Source of the DNA: Turneriella sp.
GTDB lineage: Bacteria > Spirochaetota > Leptospiria > Turneriellales > Turneriellaceae
DNA length: 64,000 nucleotides
Direction of reading: 5' to 3'
Assembly (NCBI GenBank): GCA_965279515.1
Contig: CBDIID010000003.1
Location: forward strand, 4,480,001-4,544,000
Under the pieces are notes generated by a model, which saw only the letters and a list, made by a program, of their open reading frames with translations, was not told the DNA's origin and ran no database searches. The position numbers and the translations under genes were made by a program. Shown here piece by piece: positions 1-9,841 of the stretch (position 1 is the stretch's first letter; each line of letters opens with the position of its first letter).

Positions 1-552
1 CTCAAAAAGGAAAAATCGATCGGGATTCCCTGGCCCGATACGCTGATGGCCATCATCGATGAAAAGACCGGCGCCGTTCTGCCACCCGGCGCAGAGGGGG
101 AGATTATACTGCGCAGTCCCGATCTCATGACCGGGTATTGGCAAAACCCCGAGGCTACTGCCGCGGCCATCAAAGATGGCTGGCTCTATACCGGCGACAT
201 CGGTAAAATGGACGAGGATGGTTTTTTCAGCATCGTCGATCGCAAGAAAGACCTCATTATCACAGGCGGCTACAATGTCTATCCTGCTGAAATCGAAGAA
301 GTCTTATACCAGTATCCCGGCGTGCTTGAGGCCTGCGTTGTCGGCATGAAGGATGAACACCTGGGTGAAGTCGGCCGCGCGTTTATTGTGGTGAAGCCCG
401 GCGTGACTGTTTCAGCCGACGAACTGAAAGCATTTCTTTCCGGCCGGCTCATTAAGTATAAAATACCGAAGACCTATATTTTCGAGGCGAGTTTACCCAA
501 GAGCCCGATCGGCAAGATTTTACGCAAGGAACTGCGGACGCGCGGCCCGTAA
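1..552 (+). CDS. Long-chain fatty acid-CoA ligase, C-terminal part (5' truncated by window edge)
   Basis: AMP-binding motifs GEIILRSP, GWLYTGDIG, DRKKDLIITGGYNVYPAEIE, LPKSPIGKILR; frame open from base 1. Confidence 0.92.
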   Translation, partial: LKKEKSIGIPWPDTLMAIIDEKTGAVLPPGAEGEIILRSPDLMTGYWQNPEATAAAIKDGWLYTGDIGKMDEDGFFSIVDRKKDLIITGGYNVYPAEIEEVLYQYPGVLEACVVGMKDEHLGEVGRAFIVVKPGVTVSADELKAFLSGRLIKYKIPKTYIFEASLPKSPIGKILRKELRTRGP

Positions 553-632
553 GTTACCGCCTTGACGCTGTCGCTGCCGGGTCATGCTGTGCGGAAAATG
601 AACTTTTGCGACCCCATCGCGTCTAACCAGCA

Positions 633-2006
633 ATGCGGATAATTTACAGATTCACGCTGGGCGCGCTTTTTACACTGACGGCATCCGCACATGCTCATAT
701 AGAGCTCGTCACGGTGCCCAAGAGCCAGGCGGTGCAGCTCACGATCTATAACAGCGCCGACATCACGATGGTGAAGGAATCGCGCGACCTGACCTTTAAA
801 CCGGGCCTGAATACCATCCAGTTTTCGTGGGCGGGTACGCTCATCGACCCGACATCGCTGCGCCTGACATTTCTCACGCAAAAAACGAAGCTTACCCTGC
901 GCGATACGTCGTTTCCGCCGGGGCGCAGCGACGCGCTGCAATGGAATATCGAAAGTGAGATTTCAGGTTCGGCCCGGGTCGAAATCAACTATTTCACCTC
1001 GGGCATCACCTGGAACGCCGACTATACCGCAATCACGAATGGCAATGAAAACCGGATGAATGTCGACGGTTATATCCGCGTCATTAATAATTCGGGTGAG
1101 GATTACCCCAATGCCGAGGTGCGCCTCGTCGTGGGTACGGTGAACCTCGTGGAAAATATCGCCGAACTTGCCCAGGGTAAGTGGCGCTACGGTGAACTCG
1201 ACGACGGCAAAAAGGATCAGGTGAGGCGTCAATTTGCCACGAAGGTGGCCAAGGCCGAAGCGAAGAAACCCTCGCTCAGCCTCAACGGCGGTTCCGGTGC
1301 GACGGAAACGGAAGAGGCCGCCGATGAAAGGGAAAAAGATATCGTCAAGGAAGGCCTTTCGGAATATTTTCTCTTCACCGTCGAGGGAAAGGAAAAAATT
1401 CCCAACGGCTGGCAGAAACGCCTGCGCGCATTCAGCGCGAAGGATGTCGCCGTCAAGGTTGTCTACCGCGCCTCAGACCGAACAACCGCGGGGCAGTTGC
1501 ATAAATTTTATGAATTCCGCAACGTAAAAGAAAAAGGGCACGACCCCAAAACCAGCCTCGGCGTATCACCGCTGCCCGACGGCACGGTGCATATCTTTTC
1601 CGAAGATGCGAAGAATAATCTATCGTACCAGGGCGGCGTCTATATGAAGTATGTTGCGACAGGTGATAAGGTGAAACTCGATGCCGGTGAAACACGCGAA
1701 GTCGTGCTGCGCACATTCACGCGGGATTTCAAGCGTGGTGGGTTTGTGACCGACCGTCACCATGATAAATCCTACTACGTGAAAGAATGGCGCGACGAAT
1801 ATTTCTATGAGCATGAGCTGGAAAATACGGTCAGCCGCGCGGTGAGCATCGAAATCGAACGTAGTTTCCCGGGCAATTTTCTGGCGGGTAAGATTCCGTT
1901 TAAATACGAGAAGATAGATTCAACGACGATTAAGTTTTTCCCCGAGGTCGATGCGCGCGAGAAAAAGAAAATTCCCTATTCGATAAGAATAGAAAATAAA
2001 GAATAA
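633..2006 (+). CDS. Exported DUF4139-family protein
   Basis: Signal peptide; VQLTIYN, YFTSGITWNADY, NNSGEDYPNAEVRLVVG motifs typical of DUF4139. Confidence 0.75.
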   Translation: MRIIYRFTLGALFTLTASAHAHIELVTVPKSQAVQLTIYNSADITMVKESRDLTFKPGLNTIQFSWAGTLIDPTSLRLTFLTQKTKLTLRDTSFPPGRSDALQWNIESEISGSARVEINYFTSGITWNADYTAITNGNENRMNVDGYIRVINNSGEDYPNAEVRLVVGTVNLVENIAELAQGKWRYGELDDGKKDQVRRQFATKVAKAEAKKPSLSLNGGSGATETEEAADEREKDIVKEGLSEYFLFTVEGKEKIPNGWQKRLRAFSAKDVAVKVVYRASDRTTAGQLHKFYEFRNVKEKGHDPKTSLGVSPLPDGTVHIFSEDAKNNLSYQGGVYMKYVATGDKVKLDAGETREVVLRTFTRDFKRGGFVTDRHHDKSYYVKEWRDEYFYEHELENTVSRAVSIEIERSFPGNFLAGKIPFKYEKIDSTTIKFFPEVDAREKKKIPYSIRIENKE

Positions 2007-2008
2007 AA

Positions 2009-2036
2009 AGGGGCAGGGAACATCTCCCGTACCCCT
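2009..2036. terminator. Imperfect hairpin, probable terminator
   Basis: AGGGGCAGGGA-ACATC-TCCCGTACCCCT preceded by an A-run just after the stop at 2006. Confidence 0.5.
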
Positions 2037-2047
2037 ACTTGGATCGT

Positions 2048-2239
2048 TTACGCTGCTCTAGCCGCTTTCGGTGCAATTTCGCCGATCTTCGCCTGGTATT
2101 CTGTGATCGTTTTCAGCAGGTCTTTTACCGCTTCGCGCACAGAAACAACCAACTCATATTTGTCAGTTTGTCCTTTGAGCTGGAGGTCGCTCAGGGCTTT
2201 TTTCAGGTTGTCGCGGGTCGGGCGCCCCTGGTGAGGATT
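2048..2239 (-). pseudogene. Start-less protein-like reading frame, possible 3' gene remnant
   Basis: Minus-strand frame ...DNLKKALSDLQLKGQTDKYELVVSVREAVKDLLKTITEYQAKIGEIAPKAARAA* with no ATG, ending next to the hairpin. Confidence 0.35.
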
Positions 2240-2298
2240 TCAAACGGAGCGCGAGAAAAAAACGATAGTTTTTGGTATTTCTTCTATAGGAGCACTTC

Positions 2299-2835
2299 AT
2301 GCAATGCCGAAAACAACCGCGCTTTCTTGCCGACAAACCTGTCGAAATTACCCGCCTTCTGGAAATCCGTTTGGCGCCCATCCACTGGAATCGGATTAAG
2401 CTCGCCTCCTGGCAGCGTCGTCGCACCTACTCAACGATAACGCGCTACTGCACTTTGCGCCTGGCCCGCAAGTGCTCCCTGCGTTGGACGCCTAAGCTGC
2501 TGCAAGTCGGCGTGGCTGTTAAAGAAGGGCTCGCGATTGCAAAGGATATGCATAGGCACATGATGTGTCTTTATGGTGAAGATGAAAAGCTTATTCGTTT
2601 AGCGGCGATGGAACTGGGGTTGACAATCACAGCATTTGTGCGCTTAGCGATAGAACTCTACCTCTCGACGCTGGTTATGGAAAAACATAGCCAGCGCTTT
2701 GTCACGAACGCCGAACTAACCTGGGATGGCATCCGTTTCATTGAAAGCGTTCATATCTTTGCCGTGAACACGGGCTCCAGGCCATTTTATCGAAATCTAA
2801 GCTGCGAATACTTCGACATAGCTGGCTATTGGTGA
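2299..2835 (+). CDS. DUF1564-like (Leptospiraceae) putative ribbon-helix-helix protein
   Basis: RHH-like segment MCLYGEDEKLIRLAAMELGLTITAFVRLAIELYL; SD AGGAG upstream. Confidence 0.45.
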   Translation: MQCRKQPRFLADKPVEITRLLEIRLAPIHWNRIKLASWQRRRTYSTITRYCTLRLARKCSLRWTPKLLQVGVAVKEGLAIAKDMHRHMMCLYGEDEKLIRLAAMELGLTITAFVRLAIELYLSTLVMEKHSQRFVTNAELTWDGIRFIESVHIFAVNTGSRPFYRNLSCEYFDIAGYW

Positions 2836-2837
2836 CT

Positions 2838-3395
2838 TCAACGTGGCGACACGGCGACAGTTTCAGCGAGATACCTGAGATTCAAGAGCTGCCGGCGCAT
2901 CATGATGAGATCTCCCCACGGCAAAAAGGCGGCAACGAAACCCAAAAATCCGCCAGGGCGCTGGACGAGAAGTTTTACCACGAGGCGGCTGCTGCCATCG
3001 CCGCGGCCGATGACTGCATACGTACAGATGATACGGCCAAACATCTTGACCGCTGAGGATTTTGTCACTTCGAGAGTGATCTGCGAATTCGTCTCGAAGG
3101 CGATCAGCGTAAAGATGCTCATGAAGTTCTGGCCGTTTTCAAGTTTTTCAAGACCCGGTGTCAGAGTCTGTGGACTCTGTTTGCCGGCGTTATCGATCCA
3201 GTCGTAGCTGTAGGGGGCATTTCTTAGCTGGCAAAGCCAGCGAAAGACTGTAGCTGGCGGCGCATCGACCGTGACCGCTCTGTAGATCGTATCATCCGCG
3301 GCAGCGATATATTTGTCGCAGGGATAAATCCGCCTGCGATCTTCTTCTGTGCTGCCCCAGCGGTAGGCAATCGAGGTGGGGCAGAGCTGAAACAT
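2838..3395 (-). CDS. SRPBCC-like hypothetical protein
   Basis: RAVTVDAPPATVFRWLCQL...YSYDW motif; start taken at ATG 3395. Confidence 0.6.
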   Translation of the reverse strand: MFQLCPTSIAYRWGSTEEDRRRIYPCDKYIAAADDTIYRAVTVDAPPATVFRWLCQLRNAPYSYDWIDNAGKQSPQTLTPGLEKLENGQNFMSIFTLIAFETNSQITLEVTKSSAVKMFGRIICTYAVIGRGDGSSRLVVKLLVQRPGGFLGFVAAFLPWGDLIMMRRQLLNLRYLAETVAVSPR

Positions 3396-3494
3396 GGCAA
3401 AAACAGCGGTTCGCGGAACCAAAAGTCAACGCAAATGGCCAATGTGTCATGAAATCGCTATTTACGCGATCAGGCGGATTGAGGTTCTGCGGCG

Positions 3495-4142
3495 GTGGCG
3501 ACAAACCCCTACCAGCATGTCTATGGCCTGACCGGTGTTATCGGCAGCGGCAAGTCGACGGTGGCCCAGCTGTTCCGCGAGCTGGGGGCCGAGGTGCTCG
3601 ATGCGGATGAACTCGCGCGTTACGTGGTAAATCCCACTGCGCCGTATTACCCTGAGATTCGGTCAAAACTTCTGGCGACGTTCGGGCCGGGAGCGGCCGA
3701 GCCGCTCTTTGATAAAGAGGGCAATCTCAACCGCGGCCTTTTAGGCAAATTGACCTTTGGCGACCCGCGTAAGGTGCAGGCCTTAAACCAGATCATGCAC
3801 CCGGCGATTCAGCAGGAATTCAGCCTGAGGGTCGGCAAGGCGCCGCAGGGGCAGCTCGTGATCTACGATGTGCCGCTGCTATTCGAGGGCGGCCTGGATA
3901 AGTTTGTCAAAGGCACGATTCTGGTCTATGCCCCCGAAAACGTCTGCGTCGAGCGGGCCGTCAGGCGTGCGGCCGCGAAGGGCGAGAACCTGGCCCCCGA
4001 CGCGGTCATCGCCCGGCTTAGATCGCAAATTTCCATTGAAAAAAAGCGCTCTCTCGCCGACTATATAATAGATAACTCGGGTGATCTGGCGGCCCTCAAA
4101 CCGCAGGTGGCCGGGGTTTATCAAAAGTTGGCATCTTTATGA
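3495..4142 (+). CDS. coaE: Dephospho-CoA kinase
   Basis: GLTGVIGSGKST P-loop, DADELAR, LNQIMHP, DVPLLFE, ADYIIDNSG. Confidence 0.95.
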   Translation: MATNPYQHVYGLTGVIGSGKSTVAQLFRELGAEVLDADELARYVVNPTAPYYPEIRSKLLATFGPGAAEPLFDKEGNLNRGLLGKLTFGDPRKVQALNQIMHPAIQQEFSLRVGKAPQGQLVIYDVPLLFEGGLDKFVKGTILVYAPENVCVERAVRRAAAKGENLAPDAVIARLRSQISIEKKRSLADYIIDNSGDLAALKPQVAGVYQKLASL

Positions 4143-4954
4143 AAGAATTTTATGTAATGAACCTCGACATGCGCCGCATCGCGATCATCGCGGGGGGCGC
4201 ACTCACGGTATTGGGCCTCGCGCTCTTTATCGGCATGGCGATCGGCCGCGGGCAGGGCGAGCGTAACGCGCGCATCTCTGCCGAAGAGAACCAGCAACAG
4301 AAATTGGGATTACCCGCGTCGGAAAGCGCCGACAAGCTGGTGCTGTCATCGGGGCCAGGCGTGGCCGGGACAGAGCGGTTTTCTGCGATAGAAAAGCCTG
4401 CCGCCGTGATCCCTTCGGTGCCATCGGTACCCGAAACCAAATCTGAAATCCCGCTGCGCGAAGACCCGCTCGTTGCCGGTCCGCCGCGCAAAAAGGCTTC
4501 CGCTAAAAAAGCGCATAAGGTCGTCGATGATGAAGTCAGCGACAAGCCGCGCAAAAAGAAATCCGTCGCTAAAACAAAACGCTCTGAGCGCGAAGAGCCT
4601 GAGATCTCGGGCCGTGTCGAGCACACCAAGGCAAAACGCAAAAAACGCGTCGTCGAAGCCGAAGATGACCAGTTAGCGGCTGTTGCCGGTACCGCATCGG
4701 CGCAGCGTGCCGCCGGTGCGCGTTATACGATCCAGGTGGCGGCATTCAAACGCTCGAGCGAAGCCCATGGTCTCATTGAAAAACTCAAAGAAGAGGGCAT
4801 CAAGGCGCACTCTGAAAAGAACGGGGATTTCTACCTCGTGACCGTCGGCCGCACGAAATCGAAAGGCAAGCTGGAAAAGGCCCTGTCACGCCTGAAAGAG
4901 CTTGAGTACGACGCATACATCCGCAAGCTAAGCAGTCCCTCTGACGAAACGTGA
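4139..4954 (+). CDS. SPOR-domain membrane-anchored protein (DedD/FtsN-like)
   Basis: N-terminal TM helix, charged linker, C-terminal YTIQVAAF SPOR domain. Confidence 0.85.
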   Translation: MKEFYVMNLDMRRIAIIAGGALTVLGLALFIGMAIGRGQGERNARISAEENQQQKLGLPASESADKLVLSSGPGVAGTERFSAIEKPAAVIPSVPSVPETKSEIPLREDPLVAGPPRKKASAKKAHKVVDDEVSDKPRKKKSVAKTKRSEREEPEISGRVEHTKAKRKKRVVEAEDDQLAAVAGTASAQRAAGARYTIQVAAFKRSSEAHGLIEKLKEEGIKAHSEKNGDFYLVTVGRTKSKGKLEKALSRLKELEYDAYIRKLSSPSDET

Positions 4955-5853
4955 GCCGCAGTTTTTTAAGTTTAAGCTCGCTGTCGCGGGAAGAGTTCCA
5001 TTCCCTTCTTGACCGCGCGATCGAAGGCAAAAAAAATCCCGCCGCCTGGGGGAAACCCCTTACAGGCAAGTCAATCGCGCTGTTTTTTGAAAAGCCGTCG
5101 ACGCGTACGCGTTTATCGTTTGAAGTCGCGGTGCATCAGCTGGGCGGGCAGGGTATTGTACTGACGCAGCACGATCTGCAGCTGTCGCGCGGCGAAGATT
5201 TGCCCGATACGGCGCGCGTGATGCAGCGCTATCTCTCGGCCATTATGGCGCGCGTGAAGAGCCACGACACGCTCGAAACTCTCGCCGCGCATTCGGGTAT
5301 TCCCGTGATCAATGGCCTCTCGGAACGTTACCATCCCTGCCAGGCATTGGCCGATTTCATGACGCTGAAGGAAAACGGTCTCGGCCCGTCGGCGCGCCTG
5401 GTGTTTGCCGGCGACGGTGGCTCGAATGTGGCGCATGACCTAGCGCTCGGTGCTGCGCATTTTGGTTGCGAGATCACGCTGGCGACCCCAGCAAACATGC
5501 TGCCTGATTCTGAGGTGCTGACCATCGCCGCAAAGCTCGGCGGCAACGTGCGCATCACGCAGGACCTCAGGGCTGCTGCCGAGAACGCCGACGTGCTCTA
5601 TACCGATGTCTGGGTATCGATGGGGCAGGAAGACGAAGCGAAGAAAAAAAAGAAAGCCCTCGAACCTTTTCAGCTGAACCAGGGTATTGTCGCGCTCGCG
5701 AAAAAAAACGCGCTGGTACTGCATTGCCTGCCGGCGCACAAGGGCGAAGAGATTACGGCGGATGTCTTCGAAGCGTCAGCGGTGAAAATTTTTGACCAGG
5801 CCGAGAACCGGCTGCATGCACAGAAAGCCATCCTCGAATTTCTGTTGAAATAA
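4951..5853 (+). CDS. argF: Ornithine carbamoyltransferase
   Basis: FEKPSTRTRLSFE, HPCQALAD, LYTDVWVSMG, LHCLPA, FDQAENRLHAQKA. Confidence 0.97.
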   Translation: MSRSFLSLSSLSREEFHSLLDRAIEGKKNPAAWGKPLTGKSIALFFEKPSTRTRLSFEVAVHQLGGQGIVLTQHDLQLSRGEDLPDTARVMQRYLSAIMARVKSHDTLETLAAHSGIPVINGLSERYHPCQALADFMTLKENGLGPSARLVFAGDGGSNVAHDLALGAAHFGCEITLATPANMLPDSEVLTIAAKLGGNVRITQDLRAAAENADVLYTDVWVSMGQEDEAKKKKKALEPFQLNQGIVALAKKNALVLHCLPAHKGEEITADVFEASAVKIFDQAENRLHAQKAILEFLLK

Positions 5854-5875
5854 TTCCGCGTTCGCGGAATTGTTT
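5852..5875 (+). terminator. Hairpin after argF
   Basis: AATTCCGC-GTTC-GCGGAATT followed by GTTTT. Confidence 0.55.
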
Positions 5876-5889
5876 TGTATATTCAGGCA

Positions 5890-6399
5890 ATGAATTTTTA
5901 TCATGAAACAGTTTTACAGATGCGTCACAGCCTGACGAATCTGCAAAAGTTTATCGTCAAAGCCGAAGAGCATGCCGCCGCGCAAAAATTTGAGGTCGAT
6001 GTCTATCTGGGCCTGAGGCTCTTCCCGAACATGCTGCCATTTTCCGCACAGCTACGCATTGCCTGCGACACGAGCAAGTTTGCCGCCGCCTTTTTGACGG
6101 GCAAAACACCGCCGGTGCATGAAGATAATGAAAAAACCCTGGGTGAATACAAAGCCCGACTGCAAAACGTCATCGATTATCTCGGCTCATTCAGCGAAGC
6201 CGACTTTGCCGGTGCGGCAGAGCGCAAGGTCAGCCCGCCGAGTTTCAAGGGCAAGCACATGACGGGGCACGATTATCTCGTGCGCCGCCAGGTGCCGAAC
6301 TTTTACTTCCACGTCGTGACAGCGTATGATCTGTTACGCCATGCCGGCGTGTCGATCGGCAAGACCGATTACCTGGGCGATCTGCCGCTCAGGGAATAA
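5890..6399 (+). CDS. DUF1993-family protein
   Basis: RLFPNMLPF and PNFYFHVVTAYDLLRHAGVSIGKTDYLG motifs; start moved to ATG 5890. Confidence 0.9.
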   Translation: MNFYHETVLQMRHSLTNLQKFIVKAEEHAAAQKFEVDVYLGLRLFPNMLPFSAQLRIACDTSKFAAAFLTGKTPPVHEDNEKTLGEYKARLQNVIDYLGSFSEADFAGAAERKVSPPSFKGKHMTGHDYLVRRQVPNFYFHVVTAYDLLRHAGVSIGKTDYLGDLPLRE

Positions 6400-6424
6400 T
6401 CCCGGGCGGCATTTCGCAGTTCGC

Positions 6425-6811
6425 TTACCAGCCGCTGCCGCCGCTTCCGCCGCCGTTGACGACGCCGGGTGCTCCGACGGCTGTGTTGGTGGTTACGGTA
6501 AGCGTATTATCGGCTCTGTCTGTGAGGTTTGTCGTTGCGGCATTGCATCCGTTGGTGTCGCAACTGACGGAGACACTGCTAAGGCTGGGGAACGAGATCT
6601 CCTGAAACGCCGAGGTTGCTCCTGCGGCAATGGAGCTAAAGGTTGCGGTCTTCGAGCCATCCGAAGATTTCACAGTTACTGTCGCAACGGTAAAAGTATT
6701 GGCATTCTTCACCGCTACTCGGGTCGGCGCCGTCGTTTCCGTGGTTGCGCACTGCATCAGTAGGGCGCAGGCCGCCAGCGCGCCCGAAAAAAGTTGTTTT
6801 CTATAGGTCAT
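6425..6811 (-). CDS. Thr/Ser-rich lipoprotein
   Basis: SD GGAG then MTYRKQ..., lipobox-like LLMQC, Gly-rich C-terminus. Confidence 0.7.
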   Translation of the reverse strand: MTYRKQLFSGALAACALLMQCATTETTAPTRVAVKNANTFTVATVTVKSSDGSKTATFSSIAAGATSAFQEISFPSLSSVSVSCDTNGCNAATTNLTDRADNTLTVTTNTAVGAPGVVNGGGSGGSGW

Positions 6812-6914
6812 TTGGACTCCTGTTTTCAATTTCGGTAAGTGTACGATATTGCCGGCTGCGGGTGCCACAATTGAGGTTTAACATTTATAAATCCTAATGG
6901 TTCGTTAATTTCAC

Positions 6915-6950
6915 TTGACCCCGGCTGCGGCGGCGATAGGCTCGCGCATG
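6915..6950 (+). promoter_or_regulatory. Putative sigma70 promoter for a leaderless transcript
   Basis: TTGACC-N16-TAGGCT-N5-ATG with no SD. Confidence 0.55.
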
Positions 6951-8843
6951 ACGTTGTACAAGGGTTTTTCGCGCCATCTGGTGCGCGCGGCAGTGGTTTT
7001 TATGCTGTTTTTTTCGGTAAATTGCCAGCAATTGATGGATTTGCTGGATGGGGCGAACAAGGTCGATGATACTTCGGCGAATGCAAATACAGATTTGGAT
7101 AAGGCGGGGAGCTGGACCATTCTAGTCTATTTGGATGCGGCGAACAACCTTGAGGGTGCGGGGGTACAGGATGTTGCCGAAATCAAGGCAATGGCAACTA
7201 GCTTAGGCAATAACAAAGTTTACGTTTTAATGGATCGTATGGCTGGTTTCAGCAGCACTGGTATGGCAGGTTTAAATGGCGGGGCTGATTTTCCCGGAGC
7301 AATCCTGTTCGAAGTGACGAATGGTGCGGTTTTGAACCCCATCAGCGTGCCCTTTGCGAATGTACCGAATGGTCAAGGAACAAACCCAAGTAATAAGGGA
7401 TTTTTCTGGACAACCGGAACTACGGGCGTCAACGGAAAAGGCGTCGGTGGTGAAACCGATGAGCTCAATATGGGGGCGCAGGAAACCTTAGAGAATTTTT
7501 TGGCTTGGGGTTATAATCAAGCTAAAACAAACAATAGCACTTATATTTATGTAGATATCTGGGATCACGGAGCTGGTTGGGGCGGTGGTGCTTACGGCGG
7601 TAATGCAGTAGCATGGGATGATGAAGCCGGATCACCTCACGATGCACTTTCAATCACCGAAATTCAGAATGCCATGAAAAGAGCAGAGACTATTACGGGC
7701 AGAAAAGCGACGATTCTTGGTTTTGATGCTTGTTATATGGGGACGGTTGAAAATGCTTACTCATTCAAATCTTATGCGAGTATAATGATTGGTTCTGAAG
7801 AAGTAGAGCCGGGTGCCGGCTGGCAATATACCAACTGGACCCCCAAAGGTGATGTCTCACCCCGTCAGGTTGCTAAAGATGTTGTAACAACATTCAAAGC
7901 CTCTTATTCTGGCGGTGGCGAACAAGTTACTCTTTCCGCCATAGATTTAAGCAAACTTTCTGGCATATCAACTGCTTTGGACGCGTTCGTTGTGAAACTT
8001 GCGACGCAACCAGCGAACTCTATTTCAGCAGCTCGCCTGGCAGCGCAGAATTACAACAATAACATGAGTGTCGACTTGTATGATTTTGCAGATAAAATCA
8101 GTGTTCCTGAATCAAGCGCTCTCAAAAATATGATTAAAGCATCCATTGTCGCCGAGGCGCACACTTCCGGTGGCCAGGTTGACCGTTCTAATGGCTTGAC
8201 TGTATTTTTTCCACAATCCAAGAATAACTACGACTCACAGTATGATGCTACAGATTTTGCTAAGGAGACGCGTTGGGATGAATTCATTTCTGGTAAAGTT
8301 ATTTCAATCGAGGTTCCTAGCACCGAACCTGGTGATAGCACTTGCGGCGTAGAAAGCAACGATACGGCGGCAAAAGCCAATCAGATCGGCGCGGGCGGCA
8401 CGACATGCACGGGCTACATATATACACCGACTGACGTAGATATTTACCGGTTTACTGGTGGCTCTTTAACCTCTGCAGGAACATTCGATATTACACTCTC
8501 GAATATTCCAGCTGGCGCAAACTTTGATGTAATGCTTTTTAATACAGATGTCAGTCCGTCTGCGCCAGTGGCCTCGGGAACTATCAGCTCAGGTAACGGA
8601 AGCGAAGGTTTTAAGTACTCCCCGAGCAATGGTCAGGTAACTTATAACTTAAATGGAAATTTTGTCTGTGATCCCGCGGTGAGTAGCACTTATGTGAATC
8701 AGGGATTATGCTATGGCCAAGGGATGACGATTACGTCAAGCACCAACTTCTACATCGTGGTGGTTGGTAAGAGTGGTTCTTATAATCAGGCGGGTAAATA
8801 TACGCTGACTTTAGGGAAAACCAATGCTGTTACGTTGCCATAA
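6948..8843 (+). CDS. Clostripain-family (C11) cysteine peptidase lipoprotein with C-terminal PPC-like domain
   Basis: Lipobox FSVNC; WTILVYLDAANNLE, catalytic WDHGAGW and GFDACYM, GSEEVEPGAGW; C-terminal DVDIYRF PPC-like module. Confidence 0.85.
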   Translation: MTLYKGFSRHLVRAAVVFMLFFSVNCQQLMDLLDGANKVDDTSANANTDLDKAGSWTILVYLDAANNLEGAGVQDVAEIKAMATSLGNNKVYVLMDRMAGFSSTGMAGLNGGADFPGAILFEVTNGAVLNPISVPFANVPNGQGTNPSNKGFFWTTGTTGVNGKGVGGETDELNMGAQETLENFLAWGYNQAKTNNSTYIYVDIWDHGAGWGGGAYGGNAVAWDDEAGSPHDALSITEIQNAMKRAETITGRKATILGFDACYMGTVENAYSFKSYASIMIGSEEVEPGAGWQYTNWTPKGDVSPRQVAKDVVTTFKASYSGGGEQVTLSAIDLSKLSGISTALDAFVVKLATQPANSISAARLAAQNYNNNMSVDLYDFADKISVPESSALKNMIKASIVAEAHTSGGQVDRSNGLTVFFPQSKNNYDSQYDATDFAKETRWDEFISGKVISIEVPSTEPGDSTCGVESNDTAAKANQIGAGGTTCTGYIYTPTDVDIYRFTGGSLTSAGTFDITLSNIPAGANFDVMLFNTDVSPSAPVASGTISSGNGSEGFKYSPSNGQVTYNLNGNFVCDPAVSSTYVNQGLCYGQGMTITSSTNFYIVVVGKSGSYNQAGKYTLTLGKTNAVTLP

Positions 8844-8852
8844 GGATTAGAT

Positions 8853-9134
8853 ATGAAAAAAACATTCCTCATAATCGCAATCGCTTTGCTCGCCTGCTCC
8901 TCCTCCAAGCCCAAGGGCGAACCACAAACCGTCATCGGCACCGTCGCCGTGAACGAGTCGCAGGTCCTCATCGAACAGCTCGAATTCACCCGCTCCAAAG
9001 TCTCCTTTGAAGTCACCGGCGGCCTCAAAGACCAGGTCGCCGCGCTGAAGGGCAAGACGATCACCGTCAAAGGCAATGTCATCAAACACAGCCCGTTTGC
9101 GGCGAGTATTGAAGTTACCGAAATTCTGAAGTAG
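8853..9134 (+). CDS. Small lipoprotein
   Basis: MKKTFLIIAIALLACSS lipobox; SD AGGA. Confidence 0.75.
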   Translation: MKKTFLIIAIALLACSSSKPKGEPQTVIGTVAVNESQVLIEQLEFTRSKVSFEVTGGLKDQVAALKGKTITVKGNVIKHSPFAASIEVTEILK

Positions 9135-9144
9135 TCGCCCGCCG

Positions 9145-9840
9145 CTAGCGTTTGCGCGAAGGGGCGCGGCGCTTTGTCGCAATTTCCTTAACCTGGCCGT
9201 CGACCAGAAAGATCTGCTTCTCTGCCAGCGCCGCGAACTCGGTGTCGTGCGTGACATAGACAATCGTACAGCCGTGCTCGCGGTTGACCTTCTGGAAAAT
9301 CCCCATCACATTCTGCGCATTCGCCGAATCGAGCGAACCCGTCGGTTCGTCGGCAAAGATGTATTCCGGGTTCATGATCAGCGCGCGGGCGATCGCCACG
9401 CGCTGTGACTCGCCGCCCGAAAGCTTGCCGGGCACACTGTGCATGCGGTCTTTCAGGTCGAAACTTTCCAGAAGTTTGATTGCAAAGGGACGCTTTTCGG
9501 CGACGTTGCCCGCCTTGATCGCCGGTATCAGCACGTTCTCGAGCGCCGTAAACTCGGGCAAAAGATAATGGTACTGGAAAATAAATCCCATGTGGTGGTT
9601 GCGGAAACGGTGCAGCTCGCGCGAGCTCATCGCGGTGATGTCCTGGCCCTGCAGAAAAACCTTGCCCGATGTGGGGTTGTCGAGGGTGCTCATCATGTAG
9701 AGCAGAGTGCTTTTGCCCGAGCCGGATTTCCCCGTGAGCGAGACAAACTCGCCGTCTTTGAGCTCGAAAGAAATACCTTTGATAATTTCAACAGGCGGAT
9801 TGCCAAACGATTTGGTGATTTTGTCGAGTTTGAGGCTCAT
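9145..9840 (-). CDS. ABC transporter ATP-binding protein (LolD/MacB-like)
   Basis: GKSGSGKST, LSGGESQRVAIARAL, ADEPTG; start moved to ATG 9840. Confidence 0.93.
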   Translation of the reverse strand: MSLKLDKITKSFGNPPVEIIKGISFELKDGEFVSLTGKSGSGKSTLLYMMSTLDNPTSGKVFLQGQDITAMSSRELHRFRNHHMGFIFQYHYLLPEFTALENVLIPAIKAGNVAEKRPFAIKLLESFDLKDRMHSVPGKLSGGESQRVAIARALIMNPEYIFADEPTGSLDSANAQNVMGIFQKVNREHGCTIVYVTHDTEFAALAEKQIFLVDGQVKEIATKRRAPSRKR

Positions 9841-9841
9841 A

